From the NCBI GenBank assembly GCA_038127095.1, contig JAYPGZ010000004.1:16663-80662 (forward strand): a DNA stretch of 64,000 nucleotides. The letters run 5' to 3'. Both the position numbers and the translations under genes were made by a program. Below the pieces are notes generated by a model. It was not told where the DNA came from and did not search any database. It saw nothing but the letters and a program-made list of their open reading frames with translations. Shown in pieces: positions 35,159 through 44,679 of this stretch. Each line of letters opens with the position of its first letter. The first letter of the stretch is position 1. This DNA comes from Candidatus Roizmanbacteria bacterium. Lineage in GTDB: Bacteria; Patescibacteriota; Microgenomatia; UBA1406; HO2-37-13b.

Positions 35159-35419
35159 ATGAAAATACTATACGGATTGTTACTAACTGCTATGATTACC
35201 GTAAATATTTATTTATTTGCACAAGGAATAGTGGTCTCAGACAATGTGCAACGACTTGAACTTGCAACACAGAAGTTGAAAACGGAAAATAGTGAATTAC
35301 AAGCCCAATTATATAAGGTAAATTCACTTGATAACCTTGAGCTTATTGCTCAGGATTTAGGATTTACACAAAAGTCACAGCCACTTTTTCTTGATACGCC
35401 CGCATACGCTTCTCGATAA
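35159..35419 (+). CDS. ftsL: FtsL/DivIC-like cell division protein
   Basis: 86 aa. A single TM followed by a coiled coil (QRLELATQKLKTENSELQAQLYK). Canonical position between rsmH and ftsI. Confidence 0.6.
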   Translation: MKILYGLLLTAMITVNIYLFAQGIVVSDNVQRLELATQKLKTENSELQAQLYKVNSLDNLELIAQDLGFTQKSQPLFLDTPAYASR

Positions 35420-35421
35420 GG

Positions 35422-35427
35422 TATCAT
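35422..35427 (+). promoter_or_regulatory. weak -10-like hexamer (TATCAT), 6 nt from the ftsI ATG
   Basis: ggTATCATagaagtATG. Could be chance. Confidence 0.25.
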
Positions 35428-35433
35428 AGAAGT

Positions 35434-37098
35434 ATGAATAGATTGCTGAGTGTTGCAATATTTTTTAGCGTAATACTATTACTTATAATAGTTCGCTTGA
35501 GTTACATTCAAATTCTTCGCCCAGATTCCTTTTACTCAAACAATTATTTACACACCGATACAATTTCAGCTTCGCGTGGAGAAATCTTTGATCGTAATCG
35601 GGAAGCGTTAGTACTTAATAGAACTACATATCAAGCATTTGCGCTCCCGCAAAAAATTACTGATAAGGAAGCGTTCATTAAAAAAATTGATAGCATACTG
35701 AAAATCGGTGAAGCAACAATCGACGCTAAACTTGATATGTCAAAGCAGTGGATTCCAATAAAGTCAGGAGTGAGCCAGGCAGACAGAAAAAAACTTGCAG
35801 CTCTAAAGCTTGATGCGTTGGGATTTGATGAGCAATCATCTCGATTTTACCCTGAGTCCTCGCTTGCGGCACAACTACTCGGCTTTGTAGGAAAAGATAA
35901 TGAAGGTGACGATATTGGCTATTTTGGTATAGAAGGATTTTACTCACGTGATTTGGCCGGTTTACCTGGTCTTTTTCTTACTGAGCGCGATATGCTTGGT
36001 AAACCAATCTTTGTTGGTACACAAGATATGGTGAGCGGTGAAGATGGACGTGATTTGTATTTGACAATTGATAAAGTAGTTCAGCATATAGCAAAGTCCA
36101 AATTACTGGCAGGGATAGAACGATATCAAGCTAAAGAAGGCTGCGTAATTATTGCTAATCCCAAAACGATGGAAATTCTAGCTCTTACGTGTTTGCCTGA
36201 CTATGATCCAGATCAATATTACAAATTTTCTGAAAGCTATTTTACTAATCCAACTATTACTAATCTTTTTGAACCTGGATCTATTTTCAAACCTCTTATT
36301 GTTGCAAGCGCATTAAATGAAAATGTAATTAAGCCTGACGAAACATTTAATGAAGATGGTCCTGCGATCGTTTCAGGTTACCAAATAAAAACGTGGAACG
36401 ATAAGTACGAAGGCAAAATTACGTTTACCAGGTCGCTCGAAAAGTCTTCTAATGTAGGTATGGTTCGTGTTGGAGAACGATTAGGCGAAAAAAAACTCTA
36501 TGAATATTTGCAGAAATTCGGAGTTGGAGAAGCAACAAATATTGACTTGCAAGGTGAAGTAACGGGGTATTTAAAGCCACAGAAGGATTTTTACAAAATC
36601 GACTTTGCAACGGCAACATTTGGTCAGGGGCTTGTGGTAACACCTATTCAAATGATACGAGCATTTGCGTCGTTACTGAATGGTGGGTATATTATGGAAC
36701 CACATGTTGTTAAAACACTCAAAACAAGCGATGGTAATGTAAAGGATATTAATCCCAAAACTCTTCGAAGAATATTTTCAGACAAAACATCCTTACAAAT
36801 TAGAAATATGCTCAAGCAAACTGTAGAGCATGCCGAGGCAAAATGGGATCGTCCGGCAGGCTACTCAATTGGTGGTAAAACTGGAACTGCGCAGGTTGCA
36901 GTTGAAGGTCAATATGATGCATCAAAAACGGTTGCTTCATTTATTGGGTTTGCACCAGTAGATGATCCCAAATTCGTTGCGCTTGTTATCTATAAAGAGC
37001 CAAAAAGTTCTCCGTGGGGTAGTGAAACAGCAGCGCCTACATTCTTCCAAATCGCAAAAGAGTTGCTAGTTTATTATAATATAGCTCCAGATAAGTAA
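35434..37098 (+). CDS. ftsI: class B penicillin-binding protein (FtsI/PBP2-type transpeptidase)
   Basis: N-terminal TM. SxxK (SIFKP), SxN (KSSNVG), KTGTA. Confidence 0.9.
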   Translation: MNRLLSVAIFFSVILLLIIVRLSYIQILRPDSFYSNNYLHTDTISASRGEIFDRNREALVLNRTTYQAFALPQKITDKEAFIKKIDSILKIGEATIDAKLDMSKQWIPIKSGVSQADRKKLAALKLDALGFDEQSSRFYPESSLAAQLLGFVGKDNEGDDIGYFGIEGFYSRDLAGLPGLFLTERDMLGKPIFVGTQDMVSGEDGRDLYLTIDKVVQHIAKSKLLAGIERYQAKEGCVIIANPKTMEILALTCLPDYDPDQYYKFSESYFTNPTITNLFEPGSIFKPLIVASALNENVIKPDETFNEDGPAIVSGYQIKTWNDKYEGKITFTRSLEKSSNVGMVRVGERLGEKKLYEYLQKFGVGEATNIDLQGEVTGYLKPQKDFYKIDFATATFGQGLVVTPIQMIRAFASLLNGGYIMEPHVVKTLKTSDGNVKDINPKTLRRIFSDKTSLQIRNMLKQTVEHAEAKWDRPAGYSIGGKTGTAQVAVEGQYDASKTVASFIGFAPVDDPKFVALVIYKEPKSSPWGSETAAPTFFQIAKELLVYYNIAPDK

Positions 37099-37102
37099 TT
37101 GT

Positions 37103-38305
37103 ATGTATAAAAAATTAGTCAATTTTGTAGTTAATGAACTCTTTCACAAGTGTGAGGCTTTTGTTGCTCGCTTATACTACCGTCATCCTGAACAAAAAGT
37201 TAAAGTGATTGGTATTACCGGCACCGATGGAAAAACTACGACTACCCATGCGATTTATCACCTACTTACCAGTAGTGGTAAAAAAGCTTCAATGATCTCT
37301 TCGGTTTATGCAAATATTGCGGGGCATACGGCCGATACCGGTTTTCACGTAACTACACCGCGTGGATGGGTCTTATACAAGTATCTTAGTGAAGCTGTAA
37401 ATGCAGGAAGTGAGTATTTTGTTCTAGAAACAACATCCCATTCGTTGGTACAGAATCGTGTGTGGGGAATTTCATTTGAAATAGGAGTGCTTACTAATAT
37501 TACGCAAGAACATAGTAAAGAACATGCGACATTTGATGATTATGTTGCTGCAAAAGCTCGATTATTGCTTAGAGCACAAAAAAGCATTGTCAATAAGGAT
37601 GCAAAAATTTTCCCCGTCATTAAGGAAATACTTGAAAAAAATAATAAATCATATAGTACGTATTCGATACACGATAAAACCGCAGATACTGTATGGACTG
37701 ACTCAATCAAAACGTCATTGATGGAGGATTTTAACAAACAGAATATCCTTGCGGCTATTGCCGTTTGTGAAGGTTTGGGTTTTAATAAAAAAGATATTTT
37801 GCCTGCGATTTCATCTTTTACTCTTCCAAAAGGTCGTATGGATATTGTGCATAAGGGAGATTTTATGGTAGTTATTGATTTTGCCCATACGCCAAATTCA
37901 ATTCATAAGGTGCTTGAACAAATAAAGAAAAACTATTTGAAAAATGGTGGAAACATTATTCATGTTTTTGGATCAGCAAGTGAGCGCGACGACATAAAAC
38001 GTCCACTCATGGGCAAAGCAAGCGCTCAGTTTTCTGATTATATTATTCTTACTGAAGAAGATTATCGACATGAAGATGTTGCCAAAATTTGCTCTGAAAT
38101 TGCAGCCGGATTTAATACCAAAACACAGTATGAAATAGAACCTGATCGATTGAAGGCAATTCAAAAGGCAATTTCTATGGCAAAAAAGAATGATATAGTG
38201 GTTTTAACGGGTAAAAGTCATGAAAAAAGTTTGGCCCGTAAAGGTGCAGAATATCCATGGGATGAATATCAAGCAGTTAAAGACGCGCTGATAGAACGAA
38301 AATAA
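37103..38305 (+). CDS. murE: MurE-like Mur ligase, N-terminally short
   Basis: P-loop GITGTDGKTTT already at aa 38-48. LETTSHSLVQNRV, TNITQEHSKEH, DFAHTPNS (MurE-type rather than the MurF DxYNANP). The DNPR position reads EDYR. Confidence 0.65.
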   Translation: MYKKLVNFVVNELFHKCEAFVARLYYRHPEQKVKVIGITGTDGKTTTTHAIYHLLTSSGKKASMISSVYANIAGHTADTGFHVTTPRGWVLYKYLSEAVNAGSEYFVLETTSHSLVQNRVWGISFEIGVLTNITQEHSKEHATFDDYVAAKARLLLRAQKSIVNKDAKIFPVIKEILEKNNKSYSTYSIHDKTADTVWTDSIKTSLMEDFNKQNILAAIAVCEGLGFNKKDILPAISSFTLPKGRMDIVHKGDFMVVIDFAHTPNSIHKVLEQIKKNYLKNGGNIIHVFGSASERDDIKRPLMGKASAQFSDYIILTEEDYRHEDVAKICSEIAAGFNTKTQYEIEPDRLKAIQKAISMAKKNDIVVLTGKSHEKSLARKGAEYPWDEYQAVKDALIERK

Positions 38306-38306
38306 T

Positions 38307-39629
38307 ATGAACAATATATACATGGTAGGAATAAAAGGAGTAGGAATGACTGCCCTGGCAGTATATTTGAAAGAGCGAGGTAAAAATGTGTGGGGGAGTG
38401 ATGTAGATGAAACATTTCCCACAGACTCCGTGCTGCGTGAGCATGATATTGATGTATCGCTTGGGTTTGATACAGCGCATATTGATGACTCAATTGATTT
38501 AGTAATTACGACCGGAGCCCATGGGGGACTTACAAATATCGAGGTTACTCAAGCAGAGAGAAAGAAGATCCCTGTTTACACCCAGGCATACGAGCTTGGG
38601 CAAATTATGGAGTCGTACCAACATAAAATTGCCGTGTGTGGAGCCCATGGAAAAACTACTACCAGTGCAATGGCAGCGTTTGTACTCAATGAACTTGGAT
38701 ATAAAAGTTCTCATGTAATCGGGGCTTCCCGCTTTTCTGGACTCTATGGAGGTCATTATGGAGGTGATGATTATCTGGTAGTGGAAGCGGATGAATATGC
38801 TACTTCCCCGGGAGTAGATAATACAGCTCGATTCCTCTCATTGAATCCAACTATCATTATTTGTACAAATATTGATTTTGATCATCCTGATATTTACGCA
38901 TCGATTGAAGAAGTCAAGGCAGCCTATCTGAAATTTTTCCAAAAACTTAACCCGCAAACAGGAACGCTTATTTACAATGGCCACAATGAGCATCTTAAGG
39001 AGCTTGTTGGAAAGCTTTCCATTAAAAATCTTATTCCCTATTATGAAACAGATACAGAAATTACCCTCTCTATTCCCGGACGTCACAATAAGTTGAATGC
39101 ACAAGGAATTCTAAAACTTGCGGGAGTGTTAGGTATTGATACACAGCGATGTTTAGGAGCATTGCGAGCGTTTAGGGGAGTAAATCGACGGTTTGAAAAA
39201 ATAGTAGACAGTCTCTATGACGATTATGCTCATCATCCGGCAGAACTTCTAACAACTGTGGAATCTGCGCGACAACTCTTAAAGCAACAAAAAGGGGGGA
39301 AAGTTATTTTGGTTTTCCAACCACATACGTTTTCTCGAACAAGTGCGTTACTCACAGAGTTTGCGCAGGCACTTTCGGAGGCAGATACCGCGTTTGTACT
39401 AGATGTGTTCGCTTCGGCTCGCGAAGGTACATCAGAGTTAGGAACATCGCAACAAGTAGTTGAAGAGGCAAACCGATTGGGACACTCAAATGTAGCGTAC
39501 TCCACAAGAGCGGATTTAATCGAAAATTTGAAGAAAATCTATCAAAAAGGCGATATTATCGTTACCGCAGGTGCTGGTAGCATTTATGAGGCCCATAGTG
39601 ATATAATAAGAGGCTTATTGTCTTCCTAA
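38307..39629 (+). CDS. murC: UDP-N-acetylmuramate--L-alanine ligase
   Basis: MVGIKGVGMTALAVYL N-terminal Rossmann motif, CGAHGKTTTSAM, DDYAHHPAEL. Confidence 0.9.
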   Translation: MNNIYMVGIKGVGMTALAVYLKERGKNVWGSDVDETFPTDSVLREHDIDVSLGFDTAHIDDSIDLVITTGAHGGLTNIEVTQAERKKIPVYTQAYELGQIMESYQHKIAVCGAHGKTTTSAMAAFVLNELGYKSSHVIGASRFSGLYGGHYGGDDYLVVEADEYATSPGVDNTARFLSLNPTIIICTNIDFDHPDIYASIEEVKAAYLKFFQKLNPQTGTLIYNGHNEHLKELVGKLSIKNLIPYYETDTEITLSIPGRHNKLNAQGILKLAGVLGIDTQRCLGALRAFRGVNRRFEKIVDSLYDDYAHHPAELLTTVESARQLLKQQKGGKVILVFQPHTFSRTSALLTEFAQALSEADTAFVLDVFASAREGTSELGTSQQVVEEANRLGHSNVAYSTRADLIENLKKIYQKGDIIVTAGAGSIYEAHSDIIRGLLSS

Positions 39630-39668
39630 TCCCAATCTTACATGGGAGTAGGATTGCCATATTGAATC

Positions 39669-40583
39669 ATGAACACACTAAATCAATTGCAAGAAATTCT
39701 GGGAAACGATCGGGTACAAGCAAACTTTGTGCTAGCGCCATTTACCACGTTTAAAATGGGTGGGCCCGCCGAATTTTATTTCGAAGCCAAAACTCTTGAG
39801 GAGCTTGTACTTGCTGCAAAAACAGCTCACAAACTTAATATTAAGCTTACGCTTCTTGGAGGTATTTCTAATGTTGTTATATCTGATGAAGGTGTAAAGG
39901 GCTTAGTAGTCCGAAATAAATATTCTGAAAAAGAAATTGTTAAAGAGGAAGAAGGATTTGTATATATGAAAGTAAGCTCAGGATATTCTATTAGTGCGCT
40001 TGCCGGTCAAACAGCTGCTGAGGGACTTTGTGGTCTTGAATACCATTTAGGTTTGCCAGGAAGTGTGGGTGGCGCCATTTACATGAACTCAAAATGGACA
40101 AATCCTCTCTGCTATGTTGGTGACGTAGTAGATTCTGTATTACTCATTGATCAAAGTGGAGACACAAGAGTGGAACAGAAAGAATATTTTAAGTTCGCAT
40201 ATGATTACAGTATTCTTCATGAAACGCATGAATTAGTCGGCTATGTTATTTTTAAATTTTCTAAACTAGATGCATCGGTGCTAACTACTCGTGGACATGA
40301 GGCTATTGAGTATCGAAAAAAAACTCAGCCATATGGTGTTGCAAGTTCTGGCTGTTTTTTTCAAAATATCGATGGTCAGTCGGCAGGCAAGTTGATCGAT
40401 GACTTAGGATTTAAGGGTTTTAGAGTAGGAGACCTTGAGGTATCTGATATTCACGCAAACTTTATTATTAATCATGGTAAAGGCACTGTTTCAGACTTTA
40501 AAAAAATAGTAGAATCAATTAAGCAAAAAGCATTGCAAGAAAAAGGATTGCAGTTACATGAAGAAATTAGATTTATTCAATAA
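39669..40583 (+). CDS. murB: UDP-N-acetylenolpyruvoylglucosamine reductase
   Basis: LAPFTTFKMGGPAEFY FAD-binding N-terminus, SSGCFFQN, GDLEVSDIHANFIINHG. Confidence 0.9.
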   Translation: MNTLNQLQEILGNDRVQANFVLAPFTTFKMGGPAEFYFEAKTLEELVLAAKTAHKLNIKLTLLGGISNVVISDEGVKGLVVRNKYSEKEIVKEEEGFVYMKVSSGYSISALAGQTAAEGLCGLEYHLGLPGSVGGAIYMNSKWTNPLCYVGDVVDSVLLIDQSGDTRVEQKEYFKFAYDYSILHETHELVGYVIFKFSKLDASVLTTRGHEAIEYRKKTQPYGVASSGCFFQNIDGQSAGKLIDDLGFKGFRVGDLEVSDIHANFIINHGKGTVSDFKKIVESIKQKALQEKGLQLHEEIRFIQ

Positions 40584-40587
40584 TAGT

Positions 40588-41934
40588 ATGTCACCAGAAG
40601 ATGCATTTATCGTAACAGGAGGGAAGCCAATCAGTGGATCAGTTACTGTGTCTGGTGCAAAAAATGTTGCTTTGAAAGTGGTTATAGCTGCGCTCATGCT
40701 AGAAAAGCCAGTCACACTTAAAAATATTCCACATATTAAGGATATTGAAGAACTTCTCACGCTCATTAGTGGCCTTGGTGGAAAGTGGGAGTTTGTTGCT
40801 AAAAATACGCTTTTGGTCGATGGAACATCTCTTTCGCACGATACTGTTGATTTGTTATACGGGTCCAAAATACGCGTTTCATTCATGATGTTTGCCCCTC
40901 TTTTATATCGACTCGGCACTGCGCTTATTCCAAATCCGGGTGGATGTCGTATAGGAGCTCGCTCAATTGATAGAGTTATTGATATGATGAAGCAATTTGG
41001 AGTGAGTGTTCAATACAATTCAAAAACAGGCTACTATACTGCAACTCGAAACACCGATCAATTTAAGGCTATTAATTATCGGTTTGATAAAAAAACACAT
41101 ACAGGAACAGAATTGGCGCTTCTTTTTGCGGCATGTGCACAGGGTACTACAACACTCGAAAATTGTGCGCTTGAGCCTGAAATTGATGATCTTATCGATT
41201 TTTTGAATATGAATGGTGCAAAGATTAAACGTGCCCAAGACTCTATAGTTATCAATGGGGTTAAGGAATTAAGCAATCGAAGTAGTGTGGGTGAATTTAC
41301 CATTATGGGTGATAGAAATGAAGCAGTTACGTATGCTGTACTTGCGCTGGCAACAAAAGGTGATATTACTGTTTACGGTGCTGATGCAAAACACTTGGGC
41401 CCATTTGTTGAAAAAGTACGCGAAGCTGGCGGAGGAATTGAGGAGAAAAAAAATGCTATTCGTTTTTATTTTAAAAAGGATCTTCAACACACCTATGTTG
41501 TTACCTTACCACATCCGGGTTTTATGACTGATTGGCAGGCTCCATGGGCTGTTCTTATGACTCAGGCACATGGTAAATCAACGCTCCATGAAACAGTTTT
41601 TGAAAGTCGATTTGGATATGTTAAGGAATTAAAAAAAATGGGTGCATCAATTACTTTTTTTCAACCTCAGTTAGAAGATCCTCACCATACATACCAATTC
41701 AAGAGTAGTAAAAACAAAGTATATAAAAATCAAGCAATTGAAATTACGGGTAATACTCCATTACATAATGCCGTGCTTAAAGTGACCGACATGAGAGCGG
41801 GGGCAAGTTTAATTATCGCTGCACTTATTGCTACTGGGGAGTCAGTGGTAGATGGAGCCACAATTATTGATCGAGGATATGAAGATATTGTTGAAAAATT
41901 AACTGGATTGGGTGCTTCTATTCGTCGAGTATAA
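40588..41934 (+). CDS. murA: UDP-N-acetylglucosamine 1-carboxyvinyltransferase
   Basis: VSGAKNVALKVVIAAL; catalytic Cys loop NPGGCRIGARSID. I prefer ATG 40588, 4 nt after the murB stop, over the track start at 40558. Confidence 0.92.
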   Translation: MSPEDAFIVTGGKPISGSVTVSGAKNVALKVVIAALMLEKPVTLKNIPHIKDIEELLTLISGLGGKWEFVAKNTLLVDGTSLSHDTVDLLYGSKIRVSFMMFAPLLYRLGTALIPNPGGCRIGARSIDRVIDMMKQFGVSVQYNSKTGYYTATRNTDQFKAINYRFDKKTHTGTELALLFAACAQGTTTLENCALEPEIDDLIDFLNMNGAKIKRAQDSIVINGVKELSNRSSVGEFTIMGDRNEAVTYAVLALATKGDITVYGADAKHLGPFVEKVREAGGGIEEKKNAIRFYFKKDLQHTYVVTLPHPGFMTDWQAPWAVLMTQAHGKSTLHETVFESRFGYVKELKKMGASITFFQPQLEDPHHTYQFKSSKNKVYKNQAIEITGNTPLHNAVLKVTDMRAGASLIIAALIATGESVVDGATIIDRGYEDIVEKLTGLGASIRRV

Positions 41935-41935
41935 A
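41930..41935 (+). promoter_or_regulatory. -10-like hexamer (TATAAA), 6 nt from the HAD gene ATG at 41942
   Basis: gagTATAAAactattATG. Overlaps the murA stop. Confidence 0.3.
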
Positions 41936-41941
41936 ACTATT

Positions 41942-42508
41942 ATGAAATTACTACTAATGGATCTTGACGATACGCTCATTGACACTGCCGCATTTAAACA
42001 TGCACTTTTTCAAAAAATAGCAAGCGTATATGAAATTGATATAGAGCATGTTTTAACTGTGTATCAAGAGTACAGATCAAGGCTTGATATGGATGATTGG
42101 ATATACGACTTTACCATGGCTTTTGATCAGGAAGTATGGTTTTCAAGTAAGGACTTAGGTCGTATGGGTATTCCTATTGTTGCTCACAAAGAAATGGTAG
42201 AGTTTGTAAAGAAATTTACTGGCACTAAGGTTATTTTTTCGTTAGGAAATATTAAACTCCAAAAACAAAAAATAGAGGTTGCACAATTGCGTAATCTATT
42301 TAATAGTATAATAATCACCAATAAATCAAAAATAGACGTGCTTGCTGCATGGGCAACAAACGGGGCTCTGGTAATTGACAATGTTGAATATAAAGATGTT
42401 GTTTTAGTAGATGATAATGAGAAGTTTCTCGAACAGGTACGAGAATTATTTCCATGGATTATTACGCTTAATCCTAGCCAGATGATTACAAAACCAATTC
42501 AAAACTAA
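41942..42508 (+). CDS. HAD-superfamily hydrolase/phosphatase
   Basis: Motif I MDLDDTLIDT; late VLVDDN motif. 188 aa from ATG 41942. Confidence 0.7.
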   Translation: MKLLLMDLDDTLIDTAAFKHALFQKIASVYEIDIEHVLTVYQEYRSRLDMDDWIYDFTMAFDQEVWFSSKDLGRMGIPIVAHKEMVEFVKKFTGTKVIFSLGNIKLQKQKIEVAQLRNLFNSIIITNKSKIDVLAAWATNGALVIDNVEYKDVVLVDDNEKFLEQVRELFPWIITLNPSQMITKPIQN

Positions 42509-42509
42509 C

Positions 42510-43715
42510 ATGCAAAAAATCCCACTTGTAATTTTGGCGGCAGGAAATGGAACTCGTCTGCGACCGCTAACCACACACTTGCCAAAACCTCTCATTCAGT
42601 TTTTGGGGAAACCTGTTATGCAGCATAGTATGGAGGCTGCTCTACCATATGTAAGCGAATTTATTTGTGTGGTCGGTGCTCATGAAGAAAAAATTAGAGA
42701 CTACTTTGGAAACTCATTTAATGGGGTTCCCATAACCTATATTGTTCAAAAAGAACAATCAGGAACTGGGCATGCTTTTAACATGGCACAAAGTGCTATT
42801 ACGTCAGATACATTCATGGCTATCTACGGTGACGATGTATATCAAGCGGATCTATTTGAGAGGATTGCACAGCATAATGGTTTTGCTGTTATAGGGCAGA
42901 AAAAAGAAAATTGGAAAAGTTTTGGTGTATTGCAAACTGATGAGAATCATCGTTTGGTTAAAGTGGTTGAAAAACCTACTACTTTTGTAGGTGATCTTGT
43001 TAATACGGGTCTTTTTAAATTAGGCGCCGACATATTTTCGATGTATCATACCATTTCGTTATCAAAGCGAGGAGAGTATGAATTAACCGATCTTATTAGT
43101 GAATATATAAAAAATCATCAAGTAACTGTCATTGAAGTTCAAAAGGGGTGGTATCCACTTTCATATCCATGGAGTCTTTTAGATGTTGTTGCACAACTTA
43201 CTTCAGAAATGACTCCATCTAATCAGGGGACTATTGAACCGGGTGCTGTAATACGCGGATCTGTTCATATTGGAGAAGGAACGATAATAAAATCAGGTGC
43301 GTATATTGAAGGTAACTTTCACATAGGCAAGAATTGTATTATTGGCCCTAACTGCTATTTGAAAGGTTTTGGATCAATAGGTGATAATTGTGTCATTGGA
43401 AATGCAGTAGAGATCTGTCGATCAATAATTGGCACCGGTGTAAACGTTCGGCATTTATCTTACGTTGGCGATAGTGTTATTGGAAACAATGTGAATTTAG
43501 CAGCAGGAACAGTTCTTGCTAACCTGCGCCACGACGGTAAGAATATTCGCGTGACGGTGAATGGTATTAGCGTGGATAGTGGTCGTAATAAATTAGGTGC
43601 AATTGTAGGGGATAATGTAAAAACAGGAATTCATTCGAGTGTGCTTCCTGGTCGTAAACTTGAGGCCGGACGTGTTACCCTGCCAGCTGAAGTAGTGCGT
43701 GAAGATAAACCATGA
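42510..43715 (+). CDS. sugar-1-phosphate nucleotidyltransferase with a C-terminal hexapeptide acyltransferase domain (GlmU-like, archaeal-type architecture)
   Basis: LVILAAGNGTRLRPLTTHLPKPL; the C-terminal ~150 aa are left-handed beta-helix repeats (IGKNCIIGPNCYL, IGDNCVIGNAVEI, IGNNVNLAAGTVL). Confidence 0.75.
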   Translation: MQKIPLVILAAGNGTRLRPLTTHLPKPLIQFLGKPVMQHSMEAALPYVSEFICVVGAHEEKIRDYFGNSFNGVPITYIVQKEQSGTGHAFNMAQSAITSDTFMAIYGDDVYQADLFERIAQHNGFAVIGQKKENWKSFGVLQTDENHRLVKVVEKPTTFVGDLVNTGLFKLGADIFSMYHTISLSKRGEYELTDLISEYIKNHQVTVIEVQKGWYPLSYPWSLLDVVAQLTSEMTPSNQGTIEPGAVIRGSVHIGEGTIIKSGAYIEGNFHIGKNCIIGPNCYLKGFGSIGDNCVIGNAVEICRSIIGTGVNVRHLSYVGDSVIGNNVNLAAGTVLANLRHDGKNIRVTVNGISVDSGRNKLGAIVGDNVKTGIHSSVLPGRKLEAGRVTLPAEVVREDKP

Positions 43716-44677
43716 AAAAAATAGTTGTAATTGGCGGAGGAGCGGGTACTTCAGTTGTCTTGCGTGGTTTGCGTGACTATTCAGTATCTTTAACTGCTAT
43801 TGTAAGTATGATGGATAGCGGGGGAAGTACGGGTCGTTTACGTAAGCAATATGGAGTGTTACCTCCAGGTGATATTCGACAAAGTCTGGTTGCTCTTTCT
43901 CACGCACCAGCGGATATTCAAAAGCTATTCTTGTACCGATATGCTTCAGGTGACTTAAAAGGTCATAATATCGGCAATATTATTCTTTCAACTCTAGAGA
44001 AAATTGCTCCTGACTATGTAACTTCAATTAAACTTGCATCACAGCTTTTGCAAGTTGAAGGTGACGTTATTCCGATAACAACTCAAAATGTCCAACTATG
44101 TGCTGAATATGAAGATGGTGATATTATCAACGATGAACATTTGATCGATAGTGCACGTCATAAATCTGTACGAATAAAACGTGCGTATTTGTATCCGATT
44201 GCGTCTGCAACACCTGAAGCGCTACAAGCCATAAGAAATGCTGATTATATTATTATTGGCCCGGGCGATTTGTATACGAGTTTAATTCCAAATTTTTTAG
44301 TAAAAGGAGTAGCTTCGTCAATCAAAGAAAGTAGCGCTAAAATTATTTTGATAACTAATTTAATGACTAAGCGAGGGCAGACAACCAAGTACGCTGCCTC
44401 GCATCATGTTTTGGATTTGGAACGTTACATGGGCAAGAAAGCGAGTTACGTACTGATAAATTCGGAAGAAATTCCATCAGAAATTGTTTCGTATTACAAG
44501 AAATACCGCGAGCATGTTGTGCAAGACGATCTTGTATCTAGTGCAGTAGCTTCTAGAAAGCCGCTCCTAAATGATCAAATATTTGAGAAAGCAAAAGAAG
44601 ATAAGGCAAAACGTAGTCTTGTACGTCATGATAGTATAAAACTAGGAAGTGCTATAATGGAAATAATAGCAAGTTAA
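43712..44677 (+). CDS. YvcK/GlmR (CofD-like, UPF0052) family protein
   Basis: KIVVIGGGAGTSVVLRGL, AIVSMMDSGGSTGRLR, GPGDLYTSLIPN. Confidence 0.8.
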   Translation: MKKIVVIGGGAGTSVVLRGLRDYSVSLTAIVSMMDSGGSTGRLRKQYGVLPPGDIRQSLVALSHAPADIQKLFLYRYASGDLKGHNIGNIILSTLEKIAPDYVTSIKLASQLLQVEGDVIPITTQNVQLCAEYEDGDIINDEHLIDSARHKSVRIKRAYLYPIASATPEALQAIRNADYIIIGPGDLYTSLIPNFLVKGVASSIKESSAKIILITNLMTKRGQTTKYAASHHVLDLERYMGKKASYVLINSEEIPSEIVSYYKKYREHVVQDDLVSSAVASRKPLLNDQIFEKAKEDKAKRSLVRHDSIKLGSAIMEIIAS

Positions 44678-44679
44678 TT

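Noticed and set aside
39629-39669. Weak hairpin TCCCA-N8-TGGGA in the murC-murB gap as a terminator.
   Set aside because: It has only 5 bp and no U-tract, and it sits in the middle of a functionally coherent operon.
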